A DNA stretch of 64,000 nt, from assembly GCA_036867785.1 (NCBI GenBank), contig CP145412.1, forward strand, positions 1,364,001 to 1,428,000, read 5' to 3'. Made by a program: the position numbers and the translations under genes. Shown here in pieces: positions 1 to 11,608 of this stretch (positions are counted from its first letter, which is position 1; every line of letters begins with the position of its first letter). The DNA is from Plasmodiophora brassicae. Its lineage: Eukaryota. The notes beneath the pieces are model-generated. The model ran no database searches. It worked only from the letters and a program-made list of their open reading frames with translations, and had not been told where the DNA came from.

Positions 1-1296
1 GGCGCGTTCATCGGGTATCACGGTCGCCCGATGTGTATATGTCTTGCTGACGTTCCTGGGCCAGGTCGACGGCAGGGACGGCGATCGTGTCCGGCTTGAT
101 GGGTGCCACTGGTGGCGGGCTGGCCGGCTACAAGATGAACCGCCGCGTTCAGGACATACGCGAGTTTGCGTTCAGGCCGGTCGACGGCGCCGATCGTGAC
201 CGGGATTCCATGCTGGTCACGATCTGTGTCACCGGTTGGTCACCAGGGGGGCACCCGCGTCCTGGGCGGGTCTGATGGATGCGCTCCCGCAGGCATCCTT
301 GATGACAGCGTCGGGTACGACGAGCTATGGTGGCCGATGAAGGCGTTCATCCCCAGCGACTGCTACGTGCTCGAGTGGGAGACACAGGTCCTGAAAGACA
401 CGGGCAACGGCCTGCGTAACTTCGCCAAGTATCAGGTGGGCCCGCGTGCCGCCTCAATGGGACGACGCGTTTGAACAAGAACGTCGTTCAGCTTGGGACG
501 CAGCTGGCGCAGGAGGCGCTGCGACAGACGTTGATGATGGGTGTTATGACCGCGCTGGCGTGGCCGTCCGCGTTCATTTCGGCCAGCTATCTGATCGACA
601 ACCCATGGTACGCCGACACGGCGTCGGCATGATACGTGTGGCGTCTGAGGGGGGACAACGGACAGGTCCCTGGCGGTATCTCGTGCGGATCAAGCTGGCA
701 CATTGTTAGCCGACGCGTTGTGCGCCCGGGCACATGGCCTGCGGCCCGTCAGCCTCATCGGCTACAGCGGTACTTCAGACTGAACCGTCTGCCTCCCGTC
801 GACATTTCGTCGTCATTAAGTGCCGTCCGACAGTCGGAGCGCGGGTCATCTATCGAGCGCTGATGGAAATGTCGACCCGGGGATTCGAGGCCCAAGGGAT
901 CGTTCAGGATGCGTTCCTCCTCGGTACCGGGCCTAGACGCCAGGGTTATCGCGCGCGCTGACACGGGGTCGTCCCCAGGATGTCCTGAATCGGCCAAGCC
1001 CGCCAAATGGGAGCGCATGCAGAGCGTCGTTGCCGGTCGGCTTGTCAATGCGTACAGCAGATCCGACCTGGTAAACGCGCGCTGACGCATGCAGATCGGC
1101 CCCGCCAACCGCCCATGCACAGGTGCTGAAATTCCTGTTCCGCGCCGCGTCCCCCACGCTGCACGTGTGCGGCCTGGAGCCCGTGCAACTCGACACGGTG
1201 GAGAACATCGACCTAACCGCCATGATCGACGGCCACCATACCTACGTGACTGTCATGCCCGACCTGCTCGACGTCATACAATTCGCCTGTTGCTAA
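1..1296 (+). CDS. DUF726/TMCO4-family alpha/beta-hydrolase-like membrane protein, 5'-partial, multi-exon
   Basis: Exon peptides GATGGGLAGYKMNRRVQDIREF, VTICVTGW, LEWETQVL, LIDNPW, GARVIY, IVQDAFLLG, WERMQSVVAGRLVNAYSRSDL and ENIDLTAMIDGHHTY match DUF726 motifs in order. Stop TAA at 1294-1296. Confidence 0.8.
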
Positions 1297-1531
1297 AACA
1301 TTCACGCCGATCGCACACCTTACCCTACACCCGCGTTTCACCTCGATGGGACACACCCGAACGCGTTTCGAGACCGGGGCGACGGCACGAGTCGCCCTTC
1401 AATGCAGTGGGCGACTGTGCCGGCGCGAGATTATAATTTTAGGCACAGCGGCGGCCTCGTGCCACAAAAATATCCGCCGCCGCCTGCCGCGTAAGCCGAA
1501 CGGCGGCCCGCGAACGCCTCCTCCAGCAACC

Positions 1532-2276
1532 ATGATGGGACTGTTCGCCAAGCGAAAGACGACGAAAGGTTGGCTGGCGTGGGGTCCGGGCGGTGGTGCC
1601 GCGGTTGCCTGATCGGCGTGGTTTGGCAGAGATCGTCCGGGAGCAGAAGCGGATGGTCGATAAGGCGATCCGTGGCCTGGAGCGGGAACGCCAGGGGATG
1701 GAGCGCCAGGAGAAGAAGCTGATTATGGAGATGAAGACGATGGCAAAGAAGGGCCAAGATGTGTGTATGCATTTTCAGTGACGTTTGGGGTGGGCGTCGA
1801 CGCTGACGCGGATGGCGCTGTAGAGTTCAGTTCGGATCATGGCGAAGGACTTGGTGCGAATTCGGAAGCACCAGGAGAAGTTCCTGAACATGTGTGCCCA
1901 GCTGCGTGCCATCAGCCTGCAGATGACGGAGGTGTCATCGACGGCGATGCTGGCCGAATCCATGTCGAAGGTGACGAAGAGCATGGGCGTCCTGAGCCAG
2001 CAGATCAAGCTGCCCGCCCTGCAGAAGATCATGATTGAGTTCGCCAAGCAGTCCGAGCAGATGGAGATGAAGCAGGAGATGCTGACCGATGCGGTCGACG
2101 ACGCCATGCAGAACGAGGAGGACGAGGAGGAGCAGGACGCCATTGTCGGCCAGGTCCTGGACGAGATCGGTATCAACCTGGGGCAGCAGCTGGTCAGCGC
2201 ACACCGGGCGGCACCACAGGAAGAGGTCCAACAAGACAATGAGCTGGAGAATCGACTCAATAATCTCAAGAAATAA
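1532..2276 (+). CDS. VPS2: ESCRT-III subunit CHMP2/Vps2 (Snf7 family), 3 exons
   Basis: MGLFAKRKT / EIVREQKRMVDKAIRGLERER..EKKLIMEMK / MAKDLVRIRKHQEKF...EFAKQSEQMEMKQEM...IVGQVLDEIGI...LENRLNNLKK (C-terminal MIM-like). GT-AG introns near 1569 and 1761. Confidence 0.9.
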
Positions 2277-2583
2277 CAAATCGTACCCGGACTGCCCGGT
2301 ATACTATGCACTTACGACGAGCATCTCGGACAGGCCAGGAATCCATGATGACCCATAGCCGTTGTCAGCGCCGCGTATTCGGCTGGAGTCGGGACTCGTT
2401 CCCCAACTTGGCTACCCGAGAGTTCCTTCAGTGCGGTCTGAGGGAGTGCCTACGTTCTGCAACATCGGTTTGCCGCACGATCATGCATTTGCGGGTCGTC
2501 GGTTCGCGTACAACGCTGTGCGCGCAAGGTCGCCGTGTGTATTCTGTCGTTCGCAATCGGACACTGGCACGGTTAACCTGCCA

Positions 2584-3030
2584 TTACGAGAACCGGCCCT
2601 TGACGGAAGCCCACATTGCCAAGACCCTCTCCGCAACATAGCTGATGGCCCATTTGCACGCGGCGTAGATCCTCTGGGTACATCCAACGATGGGCGCTTC
2701 GAAGGTGGACGTTTTGGCGAGAACAGTCTCGAGGTAGAGCTGGCCCTTGACAAAGGCCCAGATTGCCAAGAACCTTGCCGCTGCGTAGTTGACGACGGAT
2801 GCGCACATGCCGTATGTCCTCTGGGCATATTCGGCTACGGTCGCTTGGTGGGCCGTCCGTTTGGCGGCAACATCCTCGAGATGGAGACGGCCCTTGACGA
2901 AGGCCCCGATTGCCAGAAACCTTTCAGCAACATAGGTGACGGCGCATTTGCACAGGGCGTAGGTTCGCTGGACATATCCAGATATGGTCGCTTCGTAGGC
3001 CGTCACTTTGCCGAGAAGAGCCTCGCGGTG
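2584..3030 (-). repeat. Three degenerate 147-bp (49-aa) coding tandem repeats
   Basis: GCCCTTGAC recurs at 2596, 2743 and 2890 (exact 147-bp spacing). Peptide unit approx. QRTY..C...V.YxAxRFLAIWAFVKG.L.LE. Confidence 0.9.
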
Positions 3031-4050
3031 GGATCTGTATCGGGACCTGGCGACGCTGATGATGCCAGTCGCCCACGTGTACGGCAAGCGAATCACGGAG
3101 ACCGTCTTGTTCCAGATCGAATGGTAGTCCACATCGGGAAGCTGGCCACGAGCCGCGACCGCGACGGCATCGATACGCTTTAGGAGACGTCTGCCAATCT
3201 CGCAGGCGATACCAGCCAAGGTGAGGATGTGACCGGTGGCCGACGGCTCGAAAGGTTTCTTCCTCGACTTGGGCAGCGGGCCAGTCGTCGTCTGGTGCAA
3301 CTGTGGGTCAGCCTTAGACGACACCGGCTTGGCAGGTCTCGCCGGCAAGATGTAGTCGACGCCGACGAGGACTTTGGCTAGAGCGGCCTGGTGCGCACGG
3401 AATGCCAGTACGACGACGAAGGTCACCAGGCGTTGTAGTCCGATGTGAAGGATGTCGGCCAGCGATGTCGTTTCGGGCTGACCAGGTGCCACCACCGCTT
3501 TCAAAGCAGACAGGTCGACCTCGGCAGCCGCCTTCACCTTGGCAGCCGATTGGCGAACCGGGCCGACCAGTTCGTCCTCGATGAAAACGGTGACGCCGCC
3601 CTGGCGAACCTTGGAAAAATTCGGCGCGACATAACCGTCGTAGGCGGTCGTGACCTGCGCCCTGATCCTTTGCAATACCTCCGCCAACGTCGCCGACTCG
3701 CCTTCGCCAACGGGCGTGATAAGCGACGAAACGCGCCCATGGACGGCCGAATAAGTGGCGACGAAAGGGGCAACATAGATGGCATACAGAACGCTCAGGA
3801 TGAAACCGTAGATGACGGATGGATACGAAGAGCGATCGCCCTGTGCAACCCCGGCGACAAGCTTGGACACAGGTTCGTCGATGGCGTCGAGTGTGTACCC
3901 GGGCGGCGACACCCAGATCGCCGTCTTCCGACCTAGATCGACGACCTGCGACGCTCGTGCCGCATAGTCGATCGTTTCGCGGATCAGCGTGCCGCGCTGG
4001 GCGGCCGCCACGAACCCCGCCTCGCCAGCGCGCGCCTTGGCGACGCCCAT
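2584..4050 (-). CDS. Hypothetical 488-aa amphipathic-helical protein with three C-terminal 49-aa repeats (possibly perilipin-like)
   Basis: Long single ORF rich in Ala/Val. Contains VDYILP and a 147-bp repeat unit. The 3' end may continue through an intron. Confidence 0.6.
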   Translation of the reverse strand: MGVAKARAGEAGFVAAAQRGTLIRETIDYAARASQVVDLGRKTAIWVSPPGYTLDAIDEPVSKLVAGVAQGDRSSYPSVIYGFILSVLYAIYVAPFVATYSAVHGRVSSLITPVGEGESATLAEVLQRIRAQVTTAYDGYVAPNFSKVRQGGVTVFIEDELVGPVRQSAAKVKAAAEVDLSALKAVVAPGQPETTSLADILHIGLQRLVTFVVVLAFRAHQAALAKVLVGVDYILPARPAKPVSSKADPQLHQTTTGPLPKSRKKPFEPSATGHILTLAGIACEIGRRLLKRIDAVAVAARGQLPDVDYHSIWNKTVSVIRLPYTWATGIISVARSRYRSHREALLGKVTAYEATISGYVQRTYALCKCAVTYVAERFLAIGAFVKGRLHLEDVAAKRTAHQATVAEYAQRTYGMCASVVNYAAARFLAIWAFVKGQLYLETVLAKTSTFEAPIVGCTQRIYAACKWAISYVAERVLAMWASVKGRFS

Positions 4051-4393
4051 TATGACGACCAGCGTCGCCCAACCTGCGACGGGCTGCCGCCGTCAAGGTA
4101 CACGCTCCGGAATCGCGTCGTGGGCGTCGCCAGCCCGCACCGGTGACGATCGTACGCGTACCGATGATCGTCGCCACCCGCGCCGACTCTGCCAACGCTG
4201 ACTCGCAGCGTGCGTCGCCTCTAGTCCGCGCCCGCCCCCAAACCGCCGCGCCCCCTCCCCAACGACCACAAATTCAAAATGACGCGCCGGCTGCAGTTGG
4301 GACTCGCGTCGACATGACACGCTGCAGCTCTGCGCCGACAGTCGTCCGTCACAACGGTGTTACACGTTTGGGACGGTGCCCAGTCGGGTCTAC

Positions 4394-6459
4394 CTAGGCG
4401 GTTGCTGTATTTCCAATGGCGTAGAGCTCGTCGGGGATGGAGAAGATGACGATGCCGGCCTGGTCGGTGCCGACAAAGATCTGGTGGAGTTCGTCGTCGT
4501 ACAGCATGCAGCGGCCATGCTGGGCGTGCGTGAACCGCTTCCGGACGGACCGGGTGGTGTAGTCCCAGAGGAAGACGGCGCCGTCGGCGGCGCACGTCAC
4601 CAGCGACTGGCAGTCGGGCAGGAACATCATGCAGCGGATGCTGTCGGCGTGGTCGTCCAGCGTCCACAAGCAGTGCCGATAGTACCCGTCCCATATCCGA
4701 ACCGTGCCGTCATCGGCGCCGGTGAACACGATGTTCGCGTCGAACGCCAGCGACGTCACCGCAGCCGTGTGCCCTTGTAGGCGTCCCCGGCTCTCGTACG
4801 TTTCCAGGTCCCAGATATGAACCAGGCAATCGTTACCGCCTGCCAGGACCGTCCCGCTTGACGGGTTGAACGCGACGGTAAGCTTTTCCAGGATGGGCCC
4901 CGCGTGTTGCAATTCATGGTCCTGACACGGGTTCACCGTCTTGCGGTTCGTCAGGTCCCAGATGATGACACGCCCGTCGAATCCGGACGTGATCAAGTAG
5001 TCCCGATGACGTCGAGGGACGCGGGCGATCGCCATGCACGTCACCATGTTCGTATGAGCCTTCAGAACCAAAGTGCTGCCCGTGTCGACGTTCCACAAGT
5101 GGATGACGCCGTTGTCCAGGCCAGACAGGACTAGGTTCGTATCAGGAACGTGTGCAATGCTGGCAATCTCGCTGGCCGCTTCACGAAGGACAGCAACGCA
5201 GGACATGCTGCCGATGCTCCAACAGCGTATCGTGTTGTCCAGCGACGCCGAACAGAGCATGCGCTCCTGTTGCAGGCGCGCCAGGCCGACGATAGGGCCG
5301 GTATGCCCTTGGCACTCCCTCGATTGCACCTGCCGATGCACGTTCCAGACCTCGACGCACTCCTGGGCGCCAACCACGATCAAATCGTCGCTGTGCACCG
5401 AGATCTGGTGCAATTCGCCACGACGGATGCGCACGACCTTCAGGCACTTCTCCATGTAGACATTCCAGACCTGCAGGTACCCGATGGCATCGACAAGGAG
5501 CATCTCCTGACGCGCGTGATCCCAGGCAACGCCCGTGTACCGACAGCGGTTCGGGTTTTCGACCGCGAAGAACCCGTTGCCGTTCGAGGCGTCGTGCACC
5601 TGGACAGTGTTGTCGAACGATAACGTCACCACGAAGTTCTCCTGCGGGACGAACAGCACGTGCGAGATGCCGCGTTCGTGCAGGTGCTGCTTAGGCCGGC
5701 ACTGTTTCAGCATCTGCTGCCTGCCCATGGCCTGATACGCAGACAGGTTCCCTGAACATGGTCATCAGCAGAGACGCCCGACAAACGTCAGCGACACCGG
5801 CCTTTTCCGTCGCCGACGAAGAGCGTCATGGCATCCCCCGGTCGTATGGACAAGGAGTTGACCCAATCGCCTGATTCGCTGACGACCTGTGTGCAGATGT
5901 ACCATGGGTATGTGGTGATGGCGCGTTCATCTTGTGGGCGCCACACGCGAATGGTGTGATCGGTGCTAGACGATATCAGCGTGCCGTTATCGTATTCGAT
6001 ACTGGTCACGGTGCCGTTGTGCCCGACCAGCGTCTGTATACAGGGGCGGTCTGTCTCCGGGACCCATGGGTTCCACATGCGGATGGTGCGATCGGCACTG
6101 CCCGAGAAGACGACGTGTATCGTCGTCGATCTGGGTAGCGGCACACACTTCATCACCCAGATGCGACCTTTGTGCCCGGACAGGACCCGGCCCTGCACCA
6201 TTGTCGTCTGCGAGTAACTCTTCTTCGACTTCCACACGAGAATGTCGCCGGAACTGATTCCCACCATCAGCGACTTCATCGCGTCGACAAGCAGATGGCA
6301 TGTGCATGTTAACTGCCGCGTTATGAATCAGGCTCGGTCGAGGCAGGCGAACAGCGGAATAGAATGACCGACATGAGGCGCCTTGGTGCCGGGCTGCTTC
6401 GAGGCGATTGCTGATGTGGAGAACGATTGTAGATGGGTCAGGGTCAGCGTCAACTCCAT
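4394..6459 (-). CDS. Multi-WD40 repeat protein
   Basis: Many GH...W(D/N) repeats (GHKGRIW..SGSADRTIRMWN, GHNGTVTS..STDHTIRVW, GHTAAVTSLAFD..GADDGTVRIWD) in ORFs 5788-6279 and 4394-5728, joined by short introns. Start ATG at 6459 is inferred. Confidence 0.85.
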
Positions 6460-6582
6460 GGCGCACCAGTAATAACGACAAACTATAGTACTCGACGGCG
6501 ATCGATTGATTTGCAAACGCATGCATGCGTTGTTTTATCCTCAATGTAGACGTGAGACGACGACCGCGACCCGCTGGCCGGC

Positions 6583-7347
6583 TTAATCCTTGATCTTCTT
6601 CTTTCCGCGGAGGCGACCAGTACGGCGGGCGGCAATAAGACCAACCTTCTGACCAGCCGGGGCATCCCGCCTGCAAGTCGACGGGTGACCAATGTGCTGG
6701 TGGTTACCACCACCGTGCGGGTGTTCAACCGGGTTCATGGCCACACCACGAACAACCGGCCAGCAGTTGCGCTTCGCCTTGTACTTGAAGTACGCGCGGC
6801 CGGCCTTCAGCATCGGCTTCTCGCAACGGCCACCGCCAGCGACGACACCGACGGTCGCACGGCAGTCCGAGTTGACGACCTTCTTGGAGCCAGACGGCAG
6901 GCGCAAGCGCGTCTTGTTCTCTTCCGCGTTGTGCGAGATGATGGTGGCGTAGTTACCGGACGTACGCGCCAGCGTACCACGGTCGCCAGGGTTGCCTTCA
7001 ACGTTGAAGACCAGGGAACCTTCCGGCATCTCCTTCAGCGGCAGCACATTGCCGATCGTCAGCTGGGCCGTCTTGCCGCAGTAGATGAACATGCCCGAGT
7101 ACATGCCTTCAGCGGCGATGAACAGCTCCTTGTTCGTCTTGTATTTGTACGGGTGGCGGAACTCGACGCGGGCGAGAGGCGCACCACGGCCCGGGTCGTG
7201 GATGATCTCGCGGACGACGCCCTTCACGTATCCGTTCCGCTCGCTGTAATCAACGGAGCGCAGCTTGGCGGCGCCCTTGCGGTTCTTGACATGGGATTTG
7301 AAGATGCCGCCAGCGCCCTTACGCTGCCCACGAATCACGCGACCCAT
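6583..7347 (-). CDS. RPL8: 60S ribosomal protein L8 (uL2), intronless
   Basis: [19 protein letters not shown]...[10 protein letters not shown]...[22 protein letters not shown]...[15 protein letters not shown]. Confidence 0.98.
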   Translation of the reverse strand: MGRVIRGQRKGAGGIFKSHVKNRKGAAKLRSVDYSERNGYVKGVVREIIHDPGRGAPLARVEFRHPYKYKTNKELFIAAEGMYSGMFIYCGKTAQLTIGNVLPLKEMPEGSLVFNVEGNPGDRGTLARTSGNYATIISHNAEENKTRLRLPSGSKKVVNSDCRATVGVVAGGGRCEKPMLKAGRAYFKYKAKRNCWPVVRGVAMNPVEHPHGGGNHQHIGHPSTCRRDAPAGQKVGLIAARRTGRLRGKKKIKD

Positions 7348-8067
7348 GGCGCCTTCACTATTTGGAGGTGGCCTTCCTCCCCGACACGGACTTCGCGGAC
7401 ACCGTAGCAAGTTTATACGGAACGCGCCCTAATAATCGCCAGTTGTGGAACCACGCCTCCGGCAATTGTGTATCTGAGCGAGTGCAGTGTAACTCAGGTC
7501 CCTTCCCGGCAGCGGTTGAAAACAATGATCGCGGTCGGTTCCGTGTCGAACGCGACAATGGATCGGGGCAAGAAATTTCGCATGGCTCGATCTGGCGACC
7601 ATACACATTTCAACATGAAGTATTTCGGGAGGTCCCGTCGAACGATTCGCCTGACTGGAGGCGGGGGCTATCAACAATGCGTCGTCTCAGCCGACAGCGC
7701 TGAAGCACATGCGTCGGGCGCCTTGATCAGCGCCGTCGATGAAGACTGTCATACGTTTTATCCGGATACTGCCGCGTTTCAGGGACCTCCGCCTCCGTTC
7801 GATCCATCAAAAATATCGTCGTCCACCATTGCTGCTCCTCTAACGTACAGTAGTTGGGGCACCCCCATGTTCATCCGGTATCTTCGCCGAGCAAATGCAC
7901 GCACGTACATCCATTCCACCCACGGACGTCCGCTGTGCGATGCGTCCCTTCATTCGAAAGGACATCTGCAGCTGGAATTGCTTGTTTCCGTTCCGCGCCT
8001 CGTGTGGAGCAGCAGCTTCATTCAGACTGTGAGGTGCGAATTTGCGGTATCGCAGTTCGATTTTGGG

Positions 8068-8899
8068 ATGGCGACGTCGGTCCTGACGAGTACGCTGGTC
8101 GTGCTGCTGTGGGCTCTCTCCCTGACCGTTCTGGTCCTATCGCCGTCGGTCGGGTTCATCCCCAAGCCGTCGTCGCTGCAGGGCGATGAGGTGGACGATG
8201 ACGGAACGGCTGCAGCAGCGTCGACGGCGAACAATGTGCTGGCGACGACGCCCACCGACACAGTTGTCGCTATGGCGGCAATGATTGCCATCAGTGTCCT
8301 GTGTTCCGTCTTGGTAGTCGTCTTGCATCAAAGGCACGTATTCGTGCTAGACACCGCGCGACGAGCTATTGGTGGTCTCGTCGTCGGCACAGGTCCAGTG
8401 GCGTCACGGATTCGTTTTGACGACGCATCGCTGAACCCGAATGCGACAGGTTTCATGTGGGTCGTGGTCGTCGTTTTAGGTGCGGCGCTTCTGGATAATA
8501 TCTTATCGACACTGCTCCTCTCTTGTTTGCTAGCGTCGTTGACTCTACTAATGCCCTCGCTCCTGTTCGGATTGCGAATCAAGGATTGGCAACGCGCTCT
8601 GGTGCTCTTCAAGTGAGTACTGAGCGCTCGTTCAAATTGGACTGCGTCTGATCAACCTGGATAGGTTCCAGACGTCTTTAGAGAGGATGACTGCGTTCAC
8701 AACGTATGCGACGCTGTTTGCGGCGTGGTGTTCCAGCCTGGCGCTGACGCTGGACTGGGACCGCGCCTGGCAAACGTACCCGGTTCCGATCGGGATAGCC
8801 GCTGTTCTGTCGTTCGCGGTCACATCCAGCACCATGCAGATCGTGCATTCAATCCTGGAGGTCACCGAAAGGACGCGAACCGGTCCCAAACGCGAATGA
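8068..8899 (+). CDS. PIGF: GPI biosynthesis protein PIG-F/Gpi11-like, 2 exons
   Basis: Several TM segments, LGAALLDNILSTLLLS, and a second exon with AAWCSSLALTLDWDRAWQTYPVP matching the PIG-F LDWDRPWQxWP signature. Start is uncertain because the ORF is open upstream to 7468. Confidence 0.75.
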
Positions 8900-9144
8900 A
8901 ACACGCCCATCTGGACCACGTAACTCCGTTCTTCGTCGTCGTACTTGTACGTGCGTTTGCAGCTGACGTGTCCAATGGATGGCCATCCGTCATGCCTCGA
9001 CCGCTACTCGGCCTTGATTTAGTTCCTTCCTGAGTGCGAGTGGAAACGCGGCCGGTCGAACGGAGGAGCAGAGAGACCTATAACGACGTGCTCTCTCTTC
9101 GTACCTTCAGCACTTGACTGGAATTGCATCGATCTGTTTTTATC

Positions 9145-9838
9145 TCAGCCGTGATGTCTTCCGTTGAAACAACGTAACACATCGATGAATCTTGTCTTAA
9201 GCTGGCGTACTTCCTGGTCCAGCGTGACGAGACGTTGATCATGGTCGGCCATCTCTTGATCGATCTTACGTGCGGTATACTCTTGAACTTCCGAGCTGAT
9301 GGCCCTAGTAGTCTTTTCCCTGATTTGGGAACAACTCAGCCATGGTCGCGGCGGTATATCCAAGGACAACAAACCTGCAACGGATGTCGTTCTCGAGGCG
9401 TTGAATCTCGTCCCGGACTACATCTCGTATTGCAGTGCTGTACGCTGCCAGTTCGCGAAACCGAGTGGATATTCGCCTTTCTAGCTCCTAGTGACAGGCG
9501 TCAATCGTTTGCGGGTCCCGATCTGCGTATATGTAGGAGAGACTACCTGAAGAACGTCGTCCACTTGGGATTTATCGCCAGCTCTCCCCTCGAGCTGCGT
9601 TAGTCGCTCTTCGACACGCCGGAAGCGCTCGTCGTATGATAACTTGAGCTTCTGTATGGCTACGTGTTCGCAGTCTTGGTGAGCGGCCGGAAACCCCTGA
9701 CAGCACCATCAGGCATGGAAGACGGTCAGTTCACCGGCACGTCGTGCAAACCTTCTCCGACGCTCCTTGATGGCCCTCCGTATTGAGCGACCGTATCTCA
9801 GCGTATAGAGCACTGATCTCCTTCGCCAGCTCCGCCAT
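9145..9838 (-). CDS. Hypothetical coiled-coil protein, multi-exon
   Basis: Heptad-like exons MAELAKEISALYAEIRSL, KLSYDERFRRVEERLTQLEG and KIDQEMADHDQRLVTLDQEVRQLK, separated by intron-sized gaps. Boundaries are approximate. Confidence 0.45.
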
Positions 9839-10688
9839 GAAGGCGTTTCCGTTCGTCCGCCAACACGATCAGCCACCAGGTACCCGGGCGGCGATCGCCA
9901 GTGGCCAGCCGTACCCGTTACTAAACATTAACACGACTGCCGTCGCTGTTGGTTCGCTGCTTTAAGCCCGCTTGATCAGCAAGCTGTCATGCGACGTGCT
10001 GGGCGACATCCTCCTGTACCACTGTCGTTCCAGTCGACCGGGTTAGCTGAATTCAACGCTTTCTGCCGGCTCCGGACGATCATGTGGGCTTTGCACTAAT
10101 CGATTTGCAGCCTGGATAGCAGTCAATTGATCCGTGATCGGCTGATCACGAGGCAGGTTCGGGTGTCGAGCACATGAGACCTGCTTTCTGGACCGCTCCT
10201 CGCCTGCATTCGTGGCCCCTCCTGGCCCGGTCGGCATTTGCGGTCCTGTCCAATGTCATCATCGGTATCCGTTCGGAGTGCCAGCTGTAATTGTAATGGC
10301 GGAGGCGAATGCCGATTATCGCTGCGATGATTTTCGCCTCCCTAATCGACGTAGGATGCATTGCGGTGACTCGTATAACATCACTGCATAAACTCGAACG
10401 ACCGGCGCTATCCCGCACTTCATCATGTGCATGATCTGAATGTACTGTGATGCGGCCGGCATCATCGTCGTGTCGACCACGAACACGTGTGCAAACAGCG
10501 ATTCGCCGTGTTTGAAATCAGCGGCGCCGCCCGGCCAACGCATTCTGCCATCCACCTGCGGGATGCCGTGTCGGTCGGGAATGGGCTCATTCGACTGGGC
10601 GGTGGGGCCGCGTCGGGGGGCCACCTGGTCCCGGGTCCGGTCCCGGGTCCCGGGCAAAAAACCACATCCTGCGTTTTTTGGATCAGGT

Positions 10689-10718
10689 TTTGGCGGGGTT
10701 GGCATTGGTTTTTGGCGC
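10689..10718 (+). promoter_or_regulatory. Two E2F-like sites (TTTGGCGG, TTTGGCGC) upstream of CenH3
   Basis: Matches to TTTSSCGS at 10689-10696 and 10711-10718, about 90-120 bp upstream of the ATG of a cell-cycle gene. Confidence 0.35.
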
Positions 10719-10806
10719 GCGGGGTCTTTGGGGGAGACGCCGTCGTGGGCAGGGAGCGTGCGTTCGGGGCCTCTCTGCGTCGCACCACGGGTGAACCAGA
10801 GGCACG

Positions 10807-11397
10807 ATGGCTCGGACCAAGGCGAAAGCGACGCATAGGACACCGCGTAAACATCCCCGGACGTCGCTGCTGGGCGGCAAGTCCCTGCCCGGCAAGAGGA
10901 CGCCCGTTTCGGCGAAGAAGCTGCCGAAGAAGTCTGGTATGACTCCGTTCATATATATCGGAGTGCTATGCACGACGACTGACTTGGCTGGCGTTTAGCT
11001 GGCACCCCCAAAGCTCAGGGTCATCGTTTCCGACCCGGGACACGAGCGCTGATGGAGATTCGCAAGTTCCAAAAGGGAACGGGACTCCTTATTCGAAAGC
11101 TCCCATTTGCCCGTCTTGTAAGCGCCGCCTAGCAGCTGGCTCACACCAGTGCCTTCCCAATGTATCTGATTTTTACCCGGTATGAAGGTGCGAGAAATAG
11201 CACAGGAACACTTCAGTGGAGGTGAAGAATGGCGGTGGCAGGGCGAGGCTCTGCTGGCGCTGCAAGAGGCGGCCGAGGCGTACCTGGTGCACCTGTTTGA
11301 AGACACAAACCTGTGCGCGATTCACGCGAAACGCGTCACGATCATGCCAAGAGACATCCATCTGGCCCGGCGCATTCGAGGCTTGGGTCGAGCCTGA
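10807..11397 (+). CDS. CENH3: Centromeric histone H3 variant (CenH3/CENP-A), 3 exons
   Basis: Divergent basic N-tail [15 protein letters not shown]. Histone fold [96 protein letters not shown], with Q68->A, F84->W and a longer loop 1, which are CenH3 hallmarks. Confidence 0.9.
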
Positions 11398-11608
11398 CCA
11401 GCCCTCTGGCTTTAAAGTCGGACTCTCGCGCACCGCTTCATGGAACCCTCCGACTGTCGAAACTAATACAACAACCCGTTTGCTTCCGAAACAGGGTACA
11501 TAGCTGGGCGTTTCTGACATCGGCGCCATAATGAGGTACAGAGGAAATCGGGGAGATAGAAGGCGCCTAGAATGTACATAGGTAGGTGCGGTACAACTAT
11601 TGCGAGCT

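Noticed and set aside
2362-3183. 273-aa plus-strand ORF with apparent repeats
   Set aside because: Antisense shadow of the minus-strand repeat protein at 2584-4050.
6685-7407. 240-aa ORF opposite RPL8, and similar long antisense ORFs over SF3B1, GT61 and GT71
   Set aside because: Expected from high GC3 codon bias; no independent motifs.
10040-10600. Minus-strand ORFs upstream of CenH3
   Set aside because: No recognisable domain or consistent splice structure could be supported.
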